Origin: Paragordius varius
Lineage: Eukaryota > Animalia > Nematomorpha
DNA length: 64,000 bases
Direction of reading: 5' to 3'
Assembly (NCBI GenBank): GCA_964247055.1
Contig: OZ176051.1
Span: 8,556,001 to 8,620,000, forward strand
Shown here: positions 36,801-50,700 of the stretch, piece after piece
Position numbering within the stretch: the first letter of the stretch is position 1
Layout of the letters: every line of letters begins with the position of its first letter
Translations under genes and position numbers: made by a program
The notes under the pieces: model-generated
Told to the model about the DNA's origin: nothing
Seen by the model: only the letters and a program-made list of their open reading frames with translations
Databases searched by the model: none

Positions 36801-39800
36801 ATAATCGCTGTTTAAGTACCAATGATTCTAATACAGACAATACATTAAGCGTAAAAGATGAAAATAGTATCGATAAGACAAGTGCATTCAGTCCTGGAGA
36901 GATTGAAACATCAACCATATCGCAAAAATCTTTGAAGGAAAATGTCCCAAGGATAGAAAATCCCTTTAATAAATTTACCATTTTAAATGTGGAAAAATCG
37001 AAGGATACCACCCAAAATAATAATGATTACTCTAAAAAGAATAATGGATCATATGATCAGTCGAAATCAGAATCAATTCTAAATCGCAACTTTTCAAAAA
37101 ACAATCAAAAAAATGATAAATTTAATCAAACATCAAATGAGTTTCGGAATCAAAATGTTAATACAAATTTTACTAACATACTCAAAAGCGATACTAATGC
37201 CAATTTGAATAAAATTAATAATACGGCATTAAATTATACCACAATGACTAACAATATTAACAGTGATATGGAGCGCAAGGAATTAATTGTACCTAGTCAA
37301 TATCAAAATACTTTTGCGGCGCCACCCATGCAAACTTCAATATCTCCTATACCTAATAATCAAGTTAGTAATAAGATGTTTATAAGTCAATAAATTTTAT
37401 ATTTATTGTTTTCAGTAAAAACAATGAGTTAAAAATATTTACCATCGAATTAAATTAATCATTTGATTATTGTCAGTGAAGCCATATATTTTAAACGGTA
37501 TTATACCCTTTTCTTCCTAGTCTAAAAAAGTTTTTCCATTCAAACAAAACATTTTTATTGGAAAGTTATGAGATTCGTTTTAGCTATATTGATATGTCTA
37601 GATTGATAATTTTTATTAATTTTTTCAATGTATATCATTTACAATTCAAATTCTTAAAGATAAATTTTTGGGCTTATATAATTCATTATTAATATGGAAT
37701 ATATCTTTATTACATAGTTTACTATTTTTTCAATATAATTTTAATTTTAAACGAAGTTTCGGTTTTTTTAAAAAATATAAAAAAATATATTTTAATCTTA
37801 AAATACACATAATTTATTTTAGGGTGAATTTTAATTGTTTAAGGTTTAAAGTGTAAATGGTATATTACTATAGTTTTTGTATTTAAAATTTAAAAACTTA
37901 CCCTGAAAAAATTTTTTTAAAGATCATTTAATTAAAACAGATTTTTTATGAAAAATATATATTATTTAACCGTTGTTTTTCAAATTTTGACCTCTATTTT
38001 TTCAACTGTCTAAATAATCTCATTCATTTCCAATTTCGATTGATTTCATAAAAATTAATTATTTTAGGTGTATGGTTTAACGGGTATCATGAATACGGGA
38101 AATTCATGTTTCATAAATTCAATATTGCAATGTCTTGCCTACACGATCCCACTAGCTGAATTTTTCGTCAACAAAACATATTTCAATTATTTGAAGTTAT
38201 TTATTTTTAAATTCTTTCATTAAATCATATTTTTTTATATAATTTAAAATTAAGTTTTTTTTGTAATTTAAATAATATTAACTTATTATCCTATATGATA
38301 GATATCATACCTTTGTTAATTGTACAGTGAGAGAATATATTGCTAGTTTTTTTACATTGGATGAATTTATTAGCTATAGCAAGATAATTTGAAAAAATAT
38401 TAATTTTATCCATTAATCTTAAGCAAATAGTGTTACTTTGAACTGTATATACTATATCATATATAGATTGAGCACATTTATTTGAATCAATCAGTATCTA
38501 TTTAAGACTATTTTTATATCGTTATTTTGAAAAGAGAAGCCCAGTATAAATCCAAAATATATTCACGTTCCAAATTAAATCAATAATTACTGAAATTCAC
38601 ATAATAGCAAAACTAATAATTCATATCATATATTCTTTACAGTAAAAATTGATAATACAGACAAAACGTAAAAACTGAAGACAAATATAATTTTTAAAAA
38701 AGACAATCATAACTTCACCATAATTGAAAACTCATCATTAAGGGTTATAAAATATGTTTTTATATATTTATATTGGAAAAATTGTTAAAGTCTTTAAAAG
38801 TATGTGATTGTTTTATATATAAAAAAATTGTTTTTGCGTTTTTAGGCTTTGATTGTATGTCTATATTAACTTACGGTATTTCTACATTTTAATAATTGTT
38901 TTTATCACTGAAATAGGAATCGAAGATCTGAAAGATTGAAACAATCCTTGGCTTCCGAATTTGCAGCTGTTTTGAGTGCACTGTGGAGCTCACAATATCC
39001 TTCCATAAATCCTATCAGTTTTTCGGTATGATTTTATTTTTTGAATATTTCCGAATTTTGTTAATTAATATGTTATATTTGTGTGACGAATATATGCGAT
39101 ATGTTTAGTAGTAATATATTAACAGCTTTATTTGGGTTTTTGGAAAAGCGTTTAAACTATATTATAATAGTAAATGAAAAAGTTTAGCTTGATTTATTAT
39201 CAATTTGTTTCAATCCAGATTTCTTTTGACCTTTTTTTGCTCTTGTTGTTGTTCATTAGTGCTTTTTCAAATTTAGAAATATCATATTTTATATAATTTA
39301 ATACCAATATATATATATATATATATACATATATATAACCATTAACTTTAACATATTATTACAATGTCATTACTAATTATTTAAGCAATAAAATAATAAA
39401 TCCAGTGGTTCCCAACCTTTTTTTATTCACGCTCCACCAAATTGAAAATAAAAATTCTTACGCTCCCCGTTTAAAAAAATCAAATTAAAAATGTAAAATA
39501 TTATTACATTATAAAAATCCCAATCAATGAGATCCTTATATCTGCTTTTTTTAAAAAATTCACATATCGTTGACAAATTTTGTGATTCGCACCAGATATC
39601 GTTCAATTTTTTTCTAGCTTTATTTTTAATTAATTTCTGCAAGTTTTTGGCCCCCCTGGGGGGGTGTTGCCCTTCTGGTGGGAATCACTGTATCAATTAT
39701 TCTTAAAATAATATAATTTTTTTTCATTTTAAATTAGAATGCTGTTGCTCGGTATGCCCCAACTCTTGAAATAGGATTTCAACAGGACAGTCATGAGCTA

Positions 39801-42800
39801 TTAACATATTTGTTGGATGGGCTTCATGAAGACCTTAACAATGCAAAAAACAGTATGACTTTATTTACAATTTTTGTTTAATGTAACATACTTTATTGAA
39901 AACTTATGATTGGTAATTATATACATAGGCAAATTATGCAACAAAACTCAATTTTTGAAAAATTACGGATTTTAATTAATTATTCATTTTTTGTCTGAAA
40001 TTCAATTATTAACCGATGAATTTTAATATTGAAATCAAAAAATTATTAAATATAATTTTGACTGTAAAATCTGAAATCCGGAATTTCATTATGCGAGAAG
40101 GTATTAACTTTTAGCGATTTTATCTTAAAAACCAAGACTCTCTTCATATTATTCCCCGATAAGTAAATTATTTAGACACTTTTTATTTTTTAGAGTTTAG
40201 GTGGTTTAGTTTAGGAAAAGTCGTATACTGTAACATGTACATTTGATTGCTTTTAACAGTGCTTTTTTAAATATATCTGAACGTAGATGAAATACCCAAT
40301 GTACCCTCAAATATGTCCAAAAATACTTTAATAACTCAAATGAACAATAATAGTTTTGAAGAGGCGAACAAAGCTTGGACCTTATATCGGAATAGAAACG
40401 ATAGCATAATTATAGATCTTATTACAGTATTATTACTCTTTATCTTTTTTGGGGTTGAAATAAATATTGCAAAATTAAAATTTTGGATATAGAATAACAG
40501 GCTTGTAACAAAAATCGAATTGAAAAAGTGAATATAGTTTTACAAAATTTTCAAGTTTTTTAAATACCTCATAATTAAATGAGAAGGGGAAATATTTTTA
40601 ATGATTTTTCTCGAATTGTAAAGATTGAAACACATATTTTCTCCTACTAGTATCTAAATTTTCATCTTTTGTATAATTAGTTCTCATCCTAAGAATAATA
40701 CAAAAATAGAAAAAATAACTGATTAAAATCAAATTTAGAATATTTTTTTCCAAAAGTAACATGGCCCCCAATTTCTAATAAATAAATAATTATAAAAATT
40801 TCTATTAATAACCCGAAATTCAATATATTATGATTAAATATTTTTATATAGGGCCAATTAAAATCGGTCGTTCAATGCCAAAGATGTGGAAAAGAATCAT
40901 TAACATTTGATACATTCCAGGGGTTATCGTTACCCTTACCCTCATCGGGAAAGTGTACACTTCAAGTGACTTTTTTTATTATCTCAAAAAAGCATATTTA
41001 TTTTTATATCTTTAGTTTTGGTGATCTCTTATATATGTGTCTATATGCGGTATTCCTACATAATTTTTATTTAAATAGGATGTTTTTATACAGTTTAATA
41101 TTGTTTATTTTATTAAATTGGTACAAAAATCATCTGATTACTTAAAAATTTTGTGCTTATTGAATTTTAAGTTGTATTTATTGAGATTTAGGTTTTTGAG
41201 GCGTCATAAATAATATTATCGGTCTATCTTGTTTTCATACAATCGTTTTCAATTAAATTATTTTAACATTCATACAGTTACATATAAATTTCATTTTGTA
41301 ATCTTTTTAAAACCGATTTATCGTGGAAAAATTTTACTTATCCAATTAAATAATAGCTTTTATTAATGTATCTAAATTTAACAATAATTAAAAATATTAA
41401 TTTAATACTTTTGACTGATTATTTTATAAAGTAGACACAATGTGAGCATATACATGACCTATCAAAAATTACAATTTTTAAGATAAATGTACACATTTAT
41501 ATCATGGTTAATTATGGTTTTTTCGTTAAGTTTTTCCTTACTTAGATAATATAATAATTTTAACGTACAAATATTCAAAAAATGATTTATTTTACATTAC
41601 TAATATAATATTTATAAAATTTATTTTAACTCTTTTAAGGATTGTTTAAGACAGTTTCTGAGCCCTGAACCGATCGAAGGTTGGACCTGTCCAAATTGCA
41701 AACATTCTGGGCGTGCCATTAAAAGGCTATATCTTTGGCTTATTCCATCAATCCTTATCATACATCTCATGAGGTTTTTTTTTGATTTACGAAAATTAAA
41801 ATTATTGGGTGGTTTACGCTGAAATTATATGGTTGTATTAATTAAATATATTAACCATCTGGACGCAAATATTAATTGTTTGAGAAATATTTTATCATAG
41901 CTTAATATTTAATAAACGGTTTTTAATTTTTATTAACATATATCCCATTTTACCTAATACCATGATTTTATATTTAAACAACTCATTTTTTTTAAAAAAA
42001 TAGATTTAAAACCGAAAGTATGAATGTTCGCCGAAAAATTACAACTTATGTTGATTTTCCGCTCAATGGATTTGATTTAAGTGGCTATTGTGAGTCAAAT
42101 ATTATTAATAATGCTTATTTAACTCGCACGCTTCCGGAATACAGTTTATATGCCGTATCAGTAAGTTTTTTTTGTTGCCATAATTTAAAATTTAGTGTTT
42201 GAAACGTAAAAATTAAAAGGCATATTTTTTTTAAAAAAGAACACCCATACTTTTTTAAACTTTGTTATCAATTTGGGTAAAAGGAATAGTAATTTAATAG
42301 TAAGATATTCAATATATATTTTACAATTGTAATAGATGTTTAGAAAAAATCTAGATTAAAAAGTATGGCTGTCTTCAAAAAAATTGTCTTTTATTTTTAA
42401 CGTTTTGTCTGTATAATACTAGTTTTTTTTTAATCTATATGTCGGATAAATTAAATTTCGAAAAGGAAAATTAAATAGTTTTTATCATACGGTAATATGC
42501 GTTTGGGGGTAAATTAAAACAATTTTTTCTAAATAATAAGTAAACACAAATGAACTATTTATAATTATTGTATTGTGGAATAAAGATGACAAATATAATA
42601 ATAATAATAATATTAACTAGTTACCTAAAAATTTAGTTTGGATAGAAAAAAATACACAATAAAATAACCGTTTTGATGATTTCGATTTAAAGATCGTGAT
42701 TTAACAGTTTAAAATCAAAAAATTATATGCAATTTACTGGAGTATCATAAATCTTTATTTATAGTCCAAATGATAATCATATATGATAAACCTGGATGTT

Positions 42801-43741
42801 TTGAAATAATCCAGCTAGAGTTTTGGGTTGCTAGATTGCATATAAGTTATATTAAAAAATGAAGGATCAAAAATATGGTTGTACTTGTTAAAAAATACAT
42901 ATTAATTGTAATTAAATATTACTTTAGATAAAAATTATTATTATAAAAACAGAACGTTAAAAAAAGGATTATATTTTTTACCAAGTAAACATTATTTTGA
43001 TCCTTTATATTTAACCTAAAATAACAATTTTAAATTTAATGTCCTACCTTACATTCATTTTAATATTGTTTTTATAATCTAAATATTTGTTTTCACTTTC
43101 ATTTTATATAATATTATTATTTTGTTTTAAAACTAAGAACCATTATGGGACTTTAGAAGGAGGCCATTACACAGCCTGTTGTAAAAACCCGTATGATCAA
43201 AATTGGTATAAATTTGATGATCAACAAGTTACACGCATACCAGCTTCCGAAGTTCGAGTAAAATGATTACAATTTGTGTTTTTTAAATTTATTCTAAAGT
43301 ATAATACTTTTTTTTGATTATTAACACTGAAGAATTTAATATTGTGGTTTATTTAATTACAATGTCAAATATTTTTATCCCCTTCTTAAAATAAAAAAAA
43401 ATATACCAATATATATTTACCATTGTTCACTTCAAATTGACCATAAAATATTTCAAATTCACACAAAAATAAAATGTGTTTTTGGGCTAAATCTCATAAT
43501 TGATATGGTATATTTATGGCTTAGTTTAATATTTTAAACAAAATTTTATTATATATAAAATAAAGTTTTATTGTCAAATAATGCTTTATTTTAATAATAT
43601 TAGAGGTATATTTAAAGTTTAGAAGGGTGAATGTAAATTATGTTTGCTTAAAATATCTTTGTATATTATTTATAGTCTTCCGCAGCATATATTCTCTTCT
43701 ATACAAGTATGGGATTGAATAGACCAAACTTTAAATTCTAA
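33822..43741 (+). CDS. USP8: Ubiquitin carboxyl-terminal hydrolase 8 (MIT-like N-domain, rhodanese domain, USP catalytic domain), ~17 exons
   Basis: Hand-spliced exons: 33822-34138, 34165-34383, 34408-34558, 34594-34836, 34896-34988, 35012-35060, 35488-36044, 36269-37363, 38068-38195, 38917-39025, 39738-39852, 40287-40426, 40852-40965, 41640-41773, 42004-42160, 43138-43257, 43676-43741; all GT-AG with consistent phases. Motifs: N-terminal AYITYMKY, rhodanese [13 protein letters not shown]3-binding PTYNREQKP, Cys box [26 protein letters not shown], His box GGHYTA...WYKFDD, AYILFY. The middle low-complexity exons (34896-37363) are less certain. Confidence 0.9.
37631..37864. mobile_element. MITE-like element, TIR TATACCATTTACA, in USP8 intron 8
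   Basis: 5' TATATCATTTACAATTCAAA and 3' TTTAAAGTGTAAATGGTATA are inverted copies. Internal ...TTCACCCTAAAATAAATTATGTGT is shared with copies at 49732 and 61138. Confidence 0.65.
39403..39690. mobile_element. Non-autonomous hAT (Charlie-like) MITE in USP8 intron 10
   Basis: TIRs CAGTGGTTCCCAAC ... GGTGGGAATCACTG (12/14 inverted match), GC-rich subterminus GGCCCCCCTGGGGGGTG, 288 bp. No clear 8-bp TSD. Confidence 0.7.
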
Positions 43742-44183
43742 CAAATTTCACACCTTTGAGAGCAGTGCCAAGATTAAATGGTAAAAGTATAACATTTTAC
43801 TATATTATAAATGCAATATTGTTTAAAATAATATTTTTAATTTAGTAATACGGAATATTAAATATTATATTAAATTTGTTGAAAATTTCGTAAAATAAAT
43901 ATGTTTAACAAAAATAAAAGTAAACAAAGTGTATCTAAAAAATTATTTAAACGCAATATTTGGTTTAAAGCCTAATAATTAATAATGTTTTAAACGTTGG
44001 ACATTTTTTACTTAAAATAATGAATGATCTATATGCATAAATAATAGTATGTTACGAATTAATCTTCCAATTTTTTATCGTTTTATTTATAGGAAATGAA
44101 ATGAAAACCAAATCAATGATTGTGTCTTTGAGCTGCATGAAAAGAAACACAGCAATCTTTATTATAATTTATTTTTTGGTTAA

Positions 44184-44214
<31 letters not shown>

Positions 44215-45121
44215 TCCTAAATTTTATTTATTGCCACAAAAATGCCTGCTTTTATCAAAACATCCATACTTTTTTTGTATGACAAATTTTTAATAATACT
44301 TAGTAGTAATTAAAATAAATATTATAAAATGATTATGTATCATTACATAGGTCATTTTATTAGGCTCAATGGACCATATATAATTTAATAAGTTTATTTA
44401 TATTTTCAAGTATAAAGTTTTTTATAACTTAAAATATGATATTATTTAAAATTTCGATTAAAGATTATGTTTTTGAAACCATTTAACTTGAAAAATATGG
44501 GATAGCTAATTTCTAAGGGAAATCAATGCAATAAATGCCATAAATATATACCAAAAATATAAAAATTATAACGTTTTAATTATCCTGTATCAGTAATAAA
44601 ATTTATCAATAAAATATTTTTTTCACACGAATAACGTCTAAAAAACAAAATAGTTAGTGAAAAATTAAGATAATATTTATTTTAAATATAACGTTTTTAT
44701 GCATTATATCAGCTTTTTTTAAAGGCTTTAAGGAGGTAAATTGCAATTTTGCATTAGTTTTAATATCATAATAATGTATAATAAAAAATTAACCCTAGGA
44801 TTTATTTTGTGCTCATATAATATATAATGTATGTCAGTATGGTGATAAAATTTTTGTTACAAAATATAATGTTTTCTATCAAAAATATATTGATTCAAAT
44901 TTCATATATATAAAACTAACTATAATTATATAATTTATATTGATATATTTATATAGGTAGATAAATGCTAAACTTTGTTTAAAAATTAATGTTTAAACAA
45001 TATATTATATGTGTATATATCTTTTGGAATTGTTGAACAACAAATCAGAATATAAAAGTATAAAAATATATCAAATATTATATGATAATAATAATAATTA
45101 ATCTCATAAAATTAGAAATTA

Positions 45122-47128
45122 TTAATGGGCATTTGTTTTGTGGGAAAGGTAACTGTTAAATACCAATGCAACAAGATTAACGACTAAAATGCGATATTGT
45201 AACGGTACAATAGACATATTAATTAGCTGTACCGTTGGCCAGACCAAATAATTGGTCAACATAATATCCAAATATTCTTTCTTAACTTTGGCTTCAATCG
45301 AGTCGAGATTGGAACCCTTCAAGAATTCCGTACAAACCAGGAAATCAAACAGAATAAATGGGGCAAAAATAATCTATATATATATATGGTATTATAAAAT
45401 TGTACAAGAGGCGCTTTTACGCACATTTAAAAAATGGGAATAATAGATTAATCAAAAACCCACATCGCACAAATTGTGTTTTCTGTATTGTCATATTAAT
45501 TCGTTTAAAAAGGCATGCATTTTATGAGAAAATATTTTTAATTAAAATGGATTAATTAAGGCGTTTCAAGAGTAACCAATTAGAATGATTAAAAATACGG
45601 CATTCATGTTCACAGTCAATCTTTATGTGTTGCATATAAAAAATCAATTTAATAATACTGTTAATTACATGAATGAAAAACAATTTCAATATTAACAATT
45701 GATTTCAAATGAAAATATGTTGCCTTAAACTGGAAAAACACTCTTTTTCATATAAATGTTTAAAATTATAATAAAAAATCATGCCTGATCCGTTATCATT
45801 TTTCGCAATCCATTGGTTAAATTTGTTTGGACACCATAGAATTTATCTAAATAAGCATACCATAACTTCATAATTGGGCCCTAAAAATTAAAATAAATTT
45901 TAAATATGAGTAAAATTATGTCATGAGCAAAAAGTTCAAAATCAATAAACTTAACTCATTATTAACATAGAATATCTTACTATATTTTTTGGATATTTCT
46001 TCATCAAACATATACTGCTTAACATTGAATATCTTACTATGTATTTTAGATTTTTCTAATTTGATTGTGTTAGTTTAAAAAAATACATAGAAATTTACGT
46101 AATATTTTTTATCTGGCCATATTTGCCACTAAAAATTTAAATATATAAAAATATATGTACTAGTTTTAAATTAACTTCAAACATATATGATTAACAGGTT
46201 GGGGCATGCATGACATATGAGATAATTGGGAACGAGAAAAACTTTAAAAAATTAACAATTTATTTAATTCGGAATGTTCCAAAAAGTTACTTTATATTAA
46301 TAAAAAAATATCCAATCAAAAACTTTTTGCGGAAATTGCTTTAATGAATTGACCCTACAATAAACTTTTTGGTTAAAACATCGATATATTATTTGTTTGG
46401 CAATACCATTTTATCCACTAAAAACCGATTTGAAATTCTGTTTAAATTAAATAATATAATTACGTTAAAAACGATTAATCTAGCAAAAATTTAAACCTAT
46501 CATCCAAACGATATTAATAAATACTAGCGTCAATGTAATATTGACTAAATTAAATTTCAACCATTTTTCAATACATCGACTAATATTCCGAATTAGCTTC
46601 ATCAATCACATATAAATACAATATTGTAGGTTGATGTTATCTGCTTTATCAATTGTATAACTTAATATTTTCATAACAAATAAATTTAGGGACTTATTAA
46701 AAATTGCAGTCGCTTAATATTTTTGATTTGTTGTAGCAATATTTTATATGCGTATTTAAATTAAACCGACATAAATAACTTACACATGTGTCCCTCAAAT
46801 GATAATACAAATTTTAAATATATTGTGAAAGATAAGAATATAATTATTCATTATGTCAAATATTTAATAGAAAATATTAACTTACAGCATTAAATACTCC
46901 AAAAATTATTAAAATCAGGGTTCTCTTGTAGTTATAGTCCAAATTTAAACTCCCAGTCGGTTCTAAACCATATGTTTCAAATTTTTGAGCAGCAAAATCA
47001 CCAACTCCCATTAGTAGTCCTAAATACTAGTTGTTAATTTTATAAAATGAACCTGTCTGTGTACACACCACTTTCCAGGGATGTGATTCTAATCCCCGAT
47101 TATATAAATTCCATAATCGTTTGAACAT
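45122..47128 (-). CDS. MPV17: Mpv17/PMP22-family mitochondrial inner-membrane protein, 4 exons, 185 aa
   Basis: Exons 47128-47053, 47019-46886, 45880-45785, 45373-45122. Translation: MFKRLWNLYNRGLESHPWKVVCTQTGLLMGVGDFAAQ...GPIMKLWYAYLD...RKMITDQIIFAP...NYLVWPTVQLINMSIVPLQYRILVVNLVALVFNSYLS, matching MPV17 hallmarks (HPWK, GD, DQ..FAP, WP.VQ..N, NSYLS). Intron 3 needs a GC donor. Confidence 0.93.
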
Positions 47129-47782
47129 CAGTAGCGTTTCATGCTCGACTAACAAATTCAAGTGCTAAAACAATTATACAGGGATTATAGAATGAGTTGT
47201 TTACAAATGTATCATCTCATATGGTCGTGTTGTGCTTGTTGTTTATTTATGTTTTAATTATAGCGTTATATATAATTTAAATATTATACTATCTAATTAA
47301 GTTTATTAAGGTCAATTAAAAATTACTAATTGTTTTCATAGTTGATTTAATATATTCTAAGAATGATGTTTTTGGGAATCAAAAGATCATTTTGTTCGGC
47401 GGCAAAATTTTGAAAAAACGTGGAAATATATTTTCCATCACACATTACATATTTTCTTAATTTATTATGCATTTTTTATTATAAAAGTATGTCAAGTACT
47501 AATTTTGAAAAAATTAAAGATGATTTGTTTACAAATTGTTAAATTAATGTAATTTATATTTATACATATTAATTAGGTGCAAAATCTTTTCAAGTGATTT
47601 GTATTACATAATAATGTGTTAACACCTAATTTTAAAATACATTAACATTCTTCTAACATTGATGATATAGTGTAAGCAATAACAATATAAATAAGTAATT
47701 GAATCACAAGTTTTTTTGTTTTTAATACCAAATATTATTTTATATTTAAATTTTATAAAATTGTGATTTATAATATTTTGAC
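47129..47782. promoter_or_regulatory. Putative divergent promoter region between MPV17 and the MFS transporter (654 bp between ATGs)
   Basis: Inferred only from head-to-head start codons at 47128(-) and 47783(+). No specific motif recognised. Confidence 0.5.
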
Positions 47783-50700
47783 ATGAAAGCTAATCAGAAA
47801 TTTCCAATACCTGTAGATGAGGGCTGGGCATGGGTTGGGCTATTCGCATCCTTTTTAGCCTGTTATATTACCGGAGGTTTCCTTTATTTCTTCACATTTT
47901 AATTTGAAGTTGTGCTTAAACCGCGGCTAATATTTTATTTTATTGGCTTCTTACAAATTATAAAATTTTAAAGTATTGTGCCATTTTCCCATAACAGATT
48001 TTAAATAACTTTTTATATTATCGGTGATTAATGAGTATTCCAAAAATATTTATCTTCTTGCAACTTTTGATGTGATGTTTTTTAACAGTCGCTTAAAATA
48101 GCGTAAAAATTAATTTTTATTGGATCTTTAACAATTTTTACATTTATTTTTTAACCAAATTATATTTCTACCATAAAATCTCATAATTTATATTAAATTT
48201 TAATCATTCTTTAGGGATTTGTTTTTCTATGGGTGCCTATTTTCCATATTATTTGACTTTATATGCACCGATCCAATCAGCATTGTTAGCTAGTTTGCCT
48301 GGGGCCTTGATTTTATTGTTGGGAACTTTTTCACAACAATTAGCACATCATAGAGGATATACTACGGTAAAGATATATATATATATATATCAGGAGTGTC
48401 CAACACTGGTTCCGCGGGCCTCATTTTTGACTCCAAAATCAGGCGGACGGCATTTAATACATATATATCGGCAGCAATAATATTTTATTGGATTTTAAAC
48501 TTCGACTTTAATGCAAACATTCACTACATAACAGTTCTTCCAATTGATAGATATGGTCATTAATATAATCGAAATTCCTGACATTCTATTAAGCTATTTT
48601 AGAAATTATTGATTTATATGTTTTTCATGGGCCGCACACAATGTCCCGAGGGGTCGCGCGTTGGACACACCTGATCTAAGTTATATCAAATTCGAATTAC
48701 AAATTATATTTTGACTATATACGCAATCACAATTAATTTAATTTTGTATACCACGCCTTTTCGGCAGATACAAGCCTTTAGCAGAAATTAATTGATTAGC
48801 TTTCAAAGGTTTGGAAAAATAAGAAACAAATAGTGTCAAAAATTGATTTACTATTGTTCAATTTGTTGTTTTTACACTGAATTTAGATATTTTGATGTTT
48901 AACTTACTTGAAACAATTAATATTATAAAATCCGGTATGTACCGCTCAAACTTTCTTCGTTATACGAAATATTAATAACTGTTCAAAATGATTTATAAAT
49001 CAAAACTTAAACTGTAAACAAAATTATTTTTATAATTTATATGATAAGACAATGAATTATATAATACACATATTGGAAAAAAGTTGTACCTTATAAGTTT
49101 TAATCCCTACTATTTCACTTTTTTGTACCTGCATTAAGATTCAGATATTGTGGAATAATGTAAATTTATTAAACTTTAATAATGAATAATAGTATCCAAG
49201 GTTATAAGAATAACAGTACCGTTGAAAACATAAACAAAACCCTAAATAAAATCAAATTTTAGCGAATTAAAAAAACTGTTACTTAAGGCCGCAAGATTTT
49301 GATATTAACTATATAACTTCCCAATATATCGCATTATCAAAACCCTATATAAAAGATATATCATTTTTGATAATTTGCATAAAAGTTTAACTAGCGATTT
49401 AACAAAAACCTTAGCTACTATTTAACATAATATTTTTGGCAAAAAAAGATTAATATTTTGACGAATTTGGCTTCATTTTGTTGATATTAAAAAACGTGAC
49501 TTTTATTTTGATGTTAATTTGTCAGTTATAAATTCACATGGTTTATCAATATTATATGGAAGAATAATCAAATTAAAAAGTATGTTACTACGAGCTTTTA
49601 TAGCAGTTTGGTTTTAGTTAATAATTTAACGCATTTTGTTAAGGACCAATTTTTGCGATAAGTCATAATAATAGATGCGATCAAACTTTTTTTTATAAAC
49701 ACCAACAAGATCATCCAGGGTACGCTTATAATATACCATTTACAATTCAAATACAACCTTGAACAATTCAAATTTACCCTATTAATAAATTATGTGTTTT
49801 CGGGATAATATAACTCATCATTAATAAGAAATATATCCTTATGGCACAGTTTATTATTTTTTTATTTTTATATATAATTATAAACGAAATCTATAGCACA
49901 ATCATGAAGAACCATTTGATTAAAACTATAGTTAATTAATAAAATATCATTTTTGCATATTATATTTATATTAGTTAATTATTTTAATAATCGGCTATCT
50001 GCGTACTATCCATATTAAATATAAAAATATACTCACCTTTTTATAGACATTTTTCGTTGGTTCAGTGATAGGCTCACTTGGATTCGCCCTATCATTTGCG
50101 ACACAAAATGTATACGTCCTACTTTTAACTCAAGGAGTGATTGTAGGTGTTGGAGCTGGACTCATTTTTACTGCAGCTATTTCCATCAATAAAGTTGTTT
50201 TTGATGAAAAATTTATATTGGCTAATGCACTTGCTCTATCTGGAGTATCAGTAGGTCTCGATTTTCACAAATTAAAAAAATTATTAATTTATCAAATATA
50301 CTACATAATGTATTTATATATAATCTTTCATTTAATTTTAGGATGTTTAACATTTCCCATCCTAATCTCTAAATGTATCGAAAGATTTGGGATTCAAGGA
50401 TCTCATCTCATACTTTCAGCCATTTTCCTCCATGTATGTATATCAGGTGTTTTGGTAATTCGAATTCCAACCCCTAAATATAATATATTGCCAGATATCA
50501 TTAAGGATGCTACGGTAGAAATACCACAAATTGAATTACCAGACACCAATACTCAATATGAAAGCATCAAGAATGGTAAAAGAATAAGCAAAAGCTTTAT
50601 AATGTTTCCAGATACACAAGATATTGTGTTAATTTCATCACAAAAACTGTGGGAGGACGGTACCACTGACCCGGAAGGACAATCGAAAATAGATGGGACA

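Noticed and set aside
35454-37393. Separate genes or a programmed frameshift (ORFs 35454-36071, 36135-36329, overlapping 36326-37393)
   Set aside because: One GT-AG intron (36045-36268) joins the two long frames and restores the USP8 motif PTYNREQKP; the middle ORF is mostly intron.
40215-40286. Upstream acceptor TTTTAACAG (40259) or an extra USP8 mini-exon
   Set aside because: There is an in-frame TAA at 40268-40270; the acceptor at 40286 gives the right phase without it.
39395-48681. 8-bp target-site duplications for the two hAT-like MITEs
   Set aside because: The flanks (AATAAATC/TATCAATT and ATATATAT/ATCTAAGT) do not match, so the hAT assignment rests on TIRs only.
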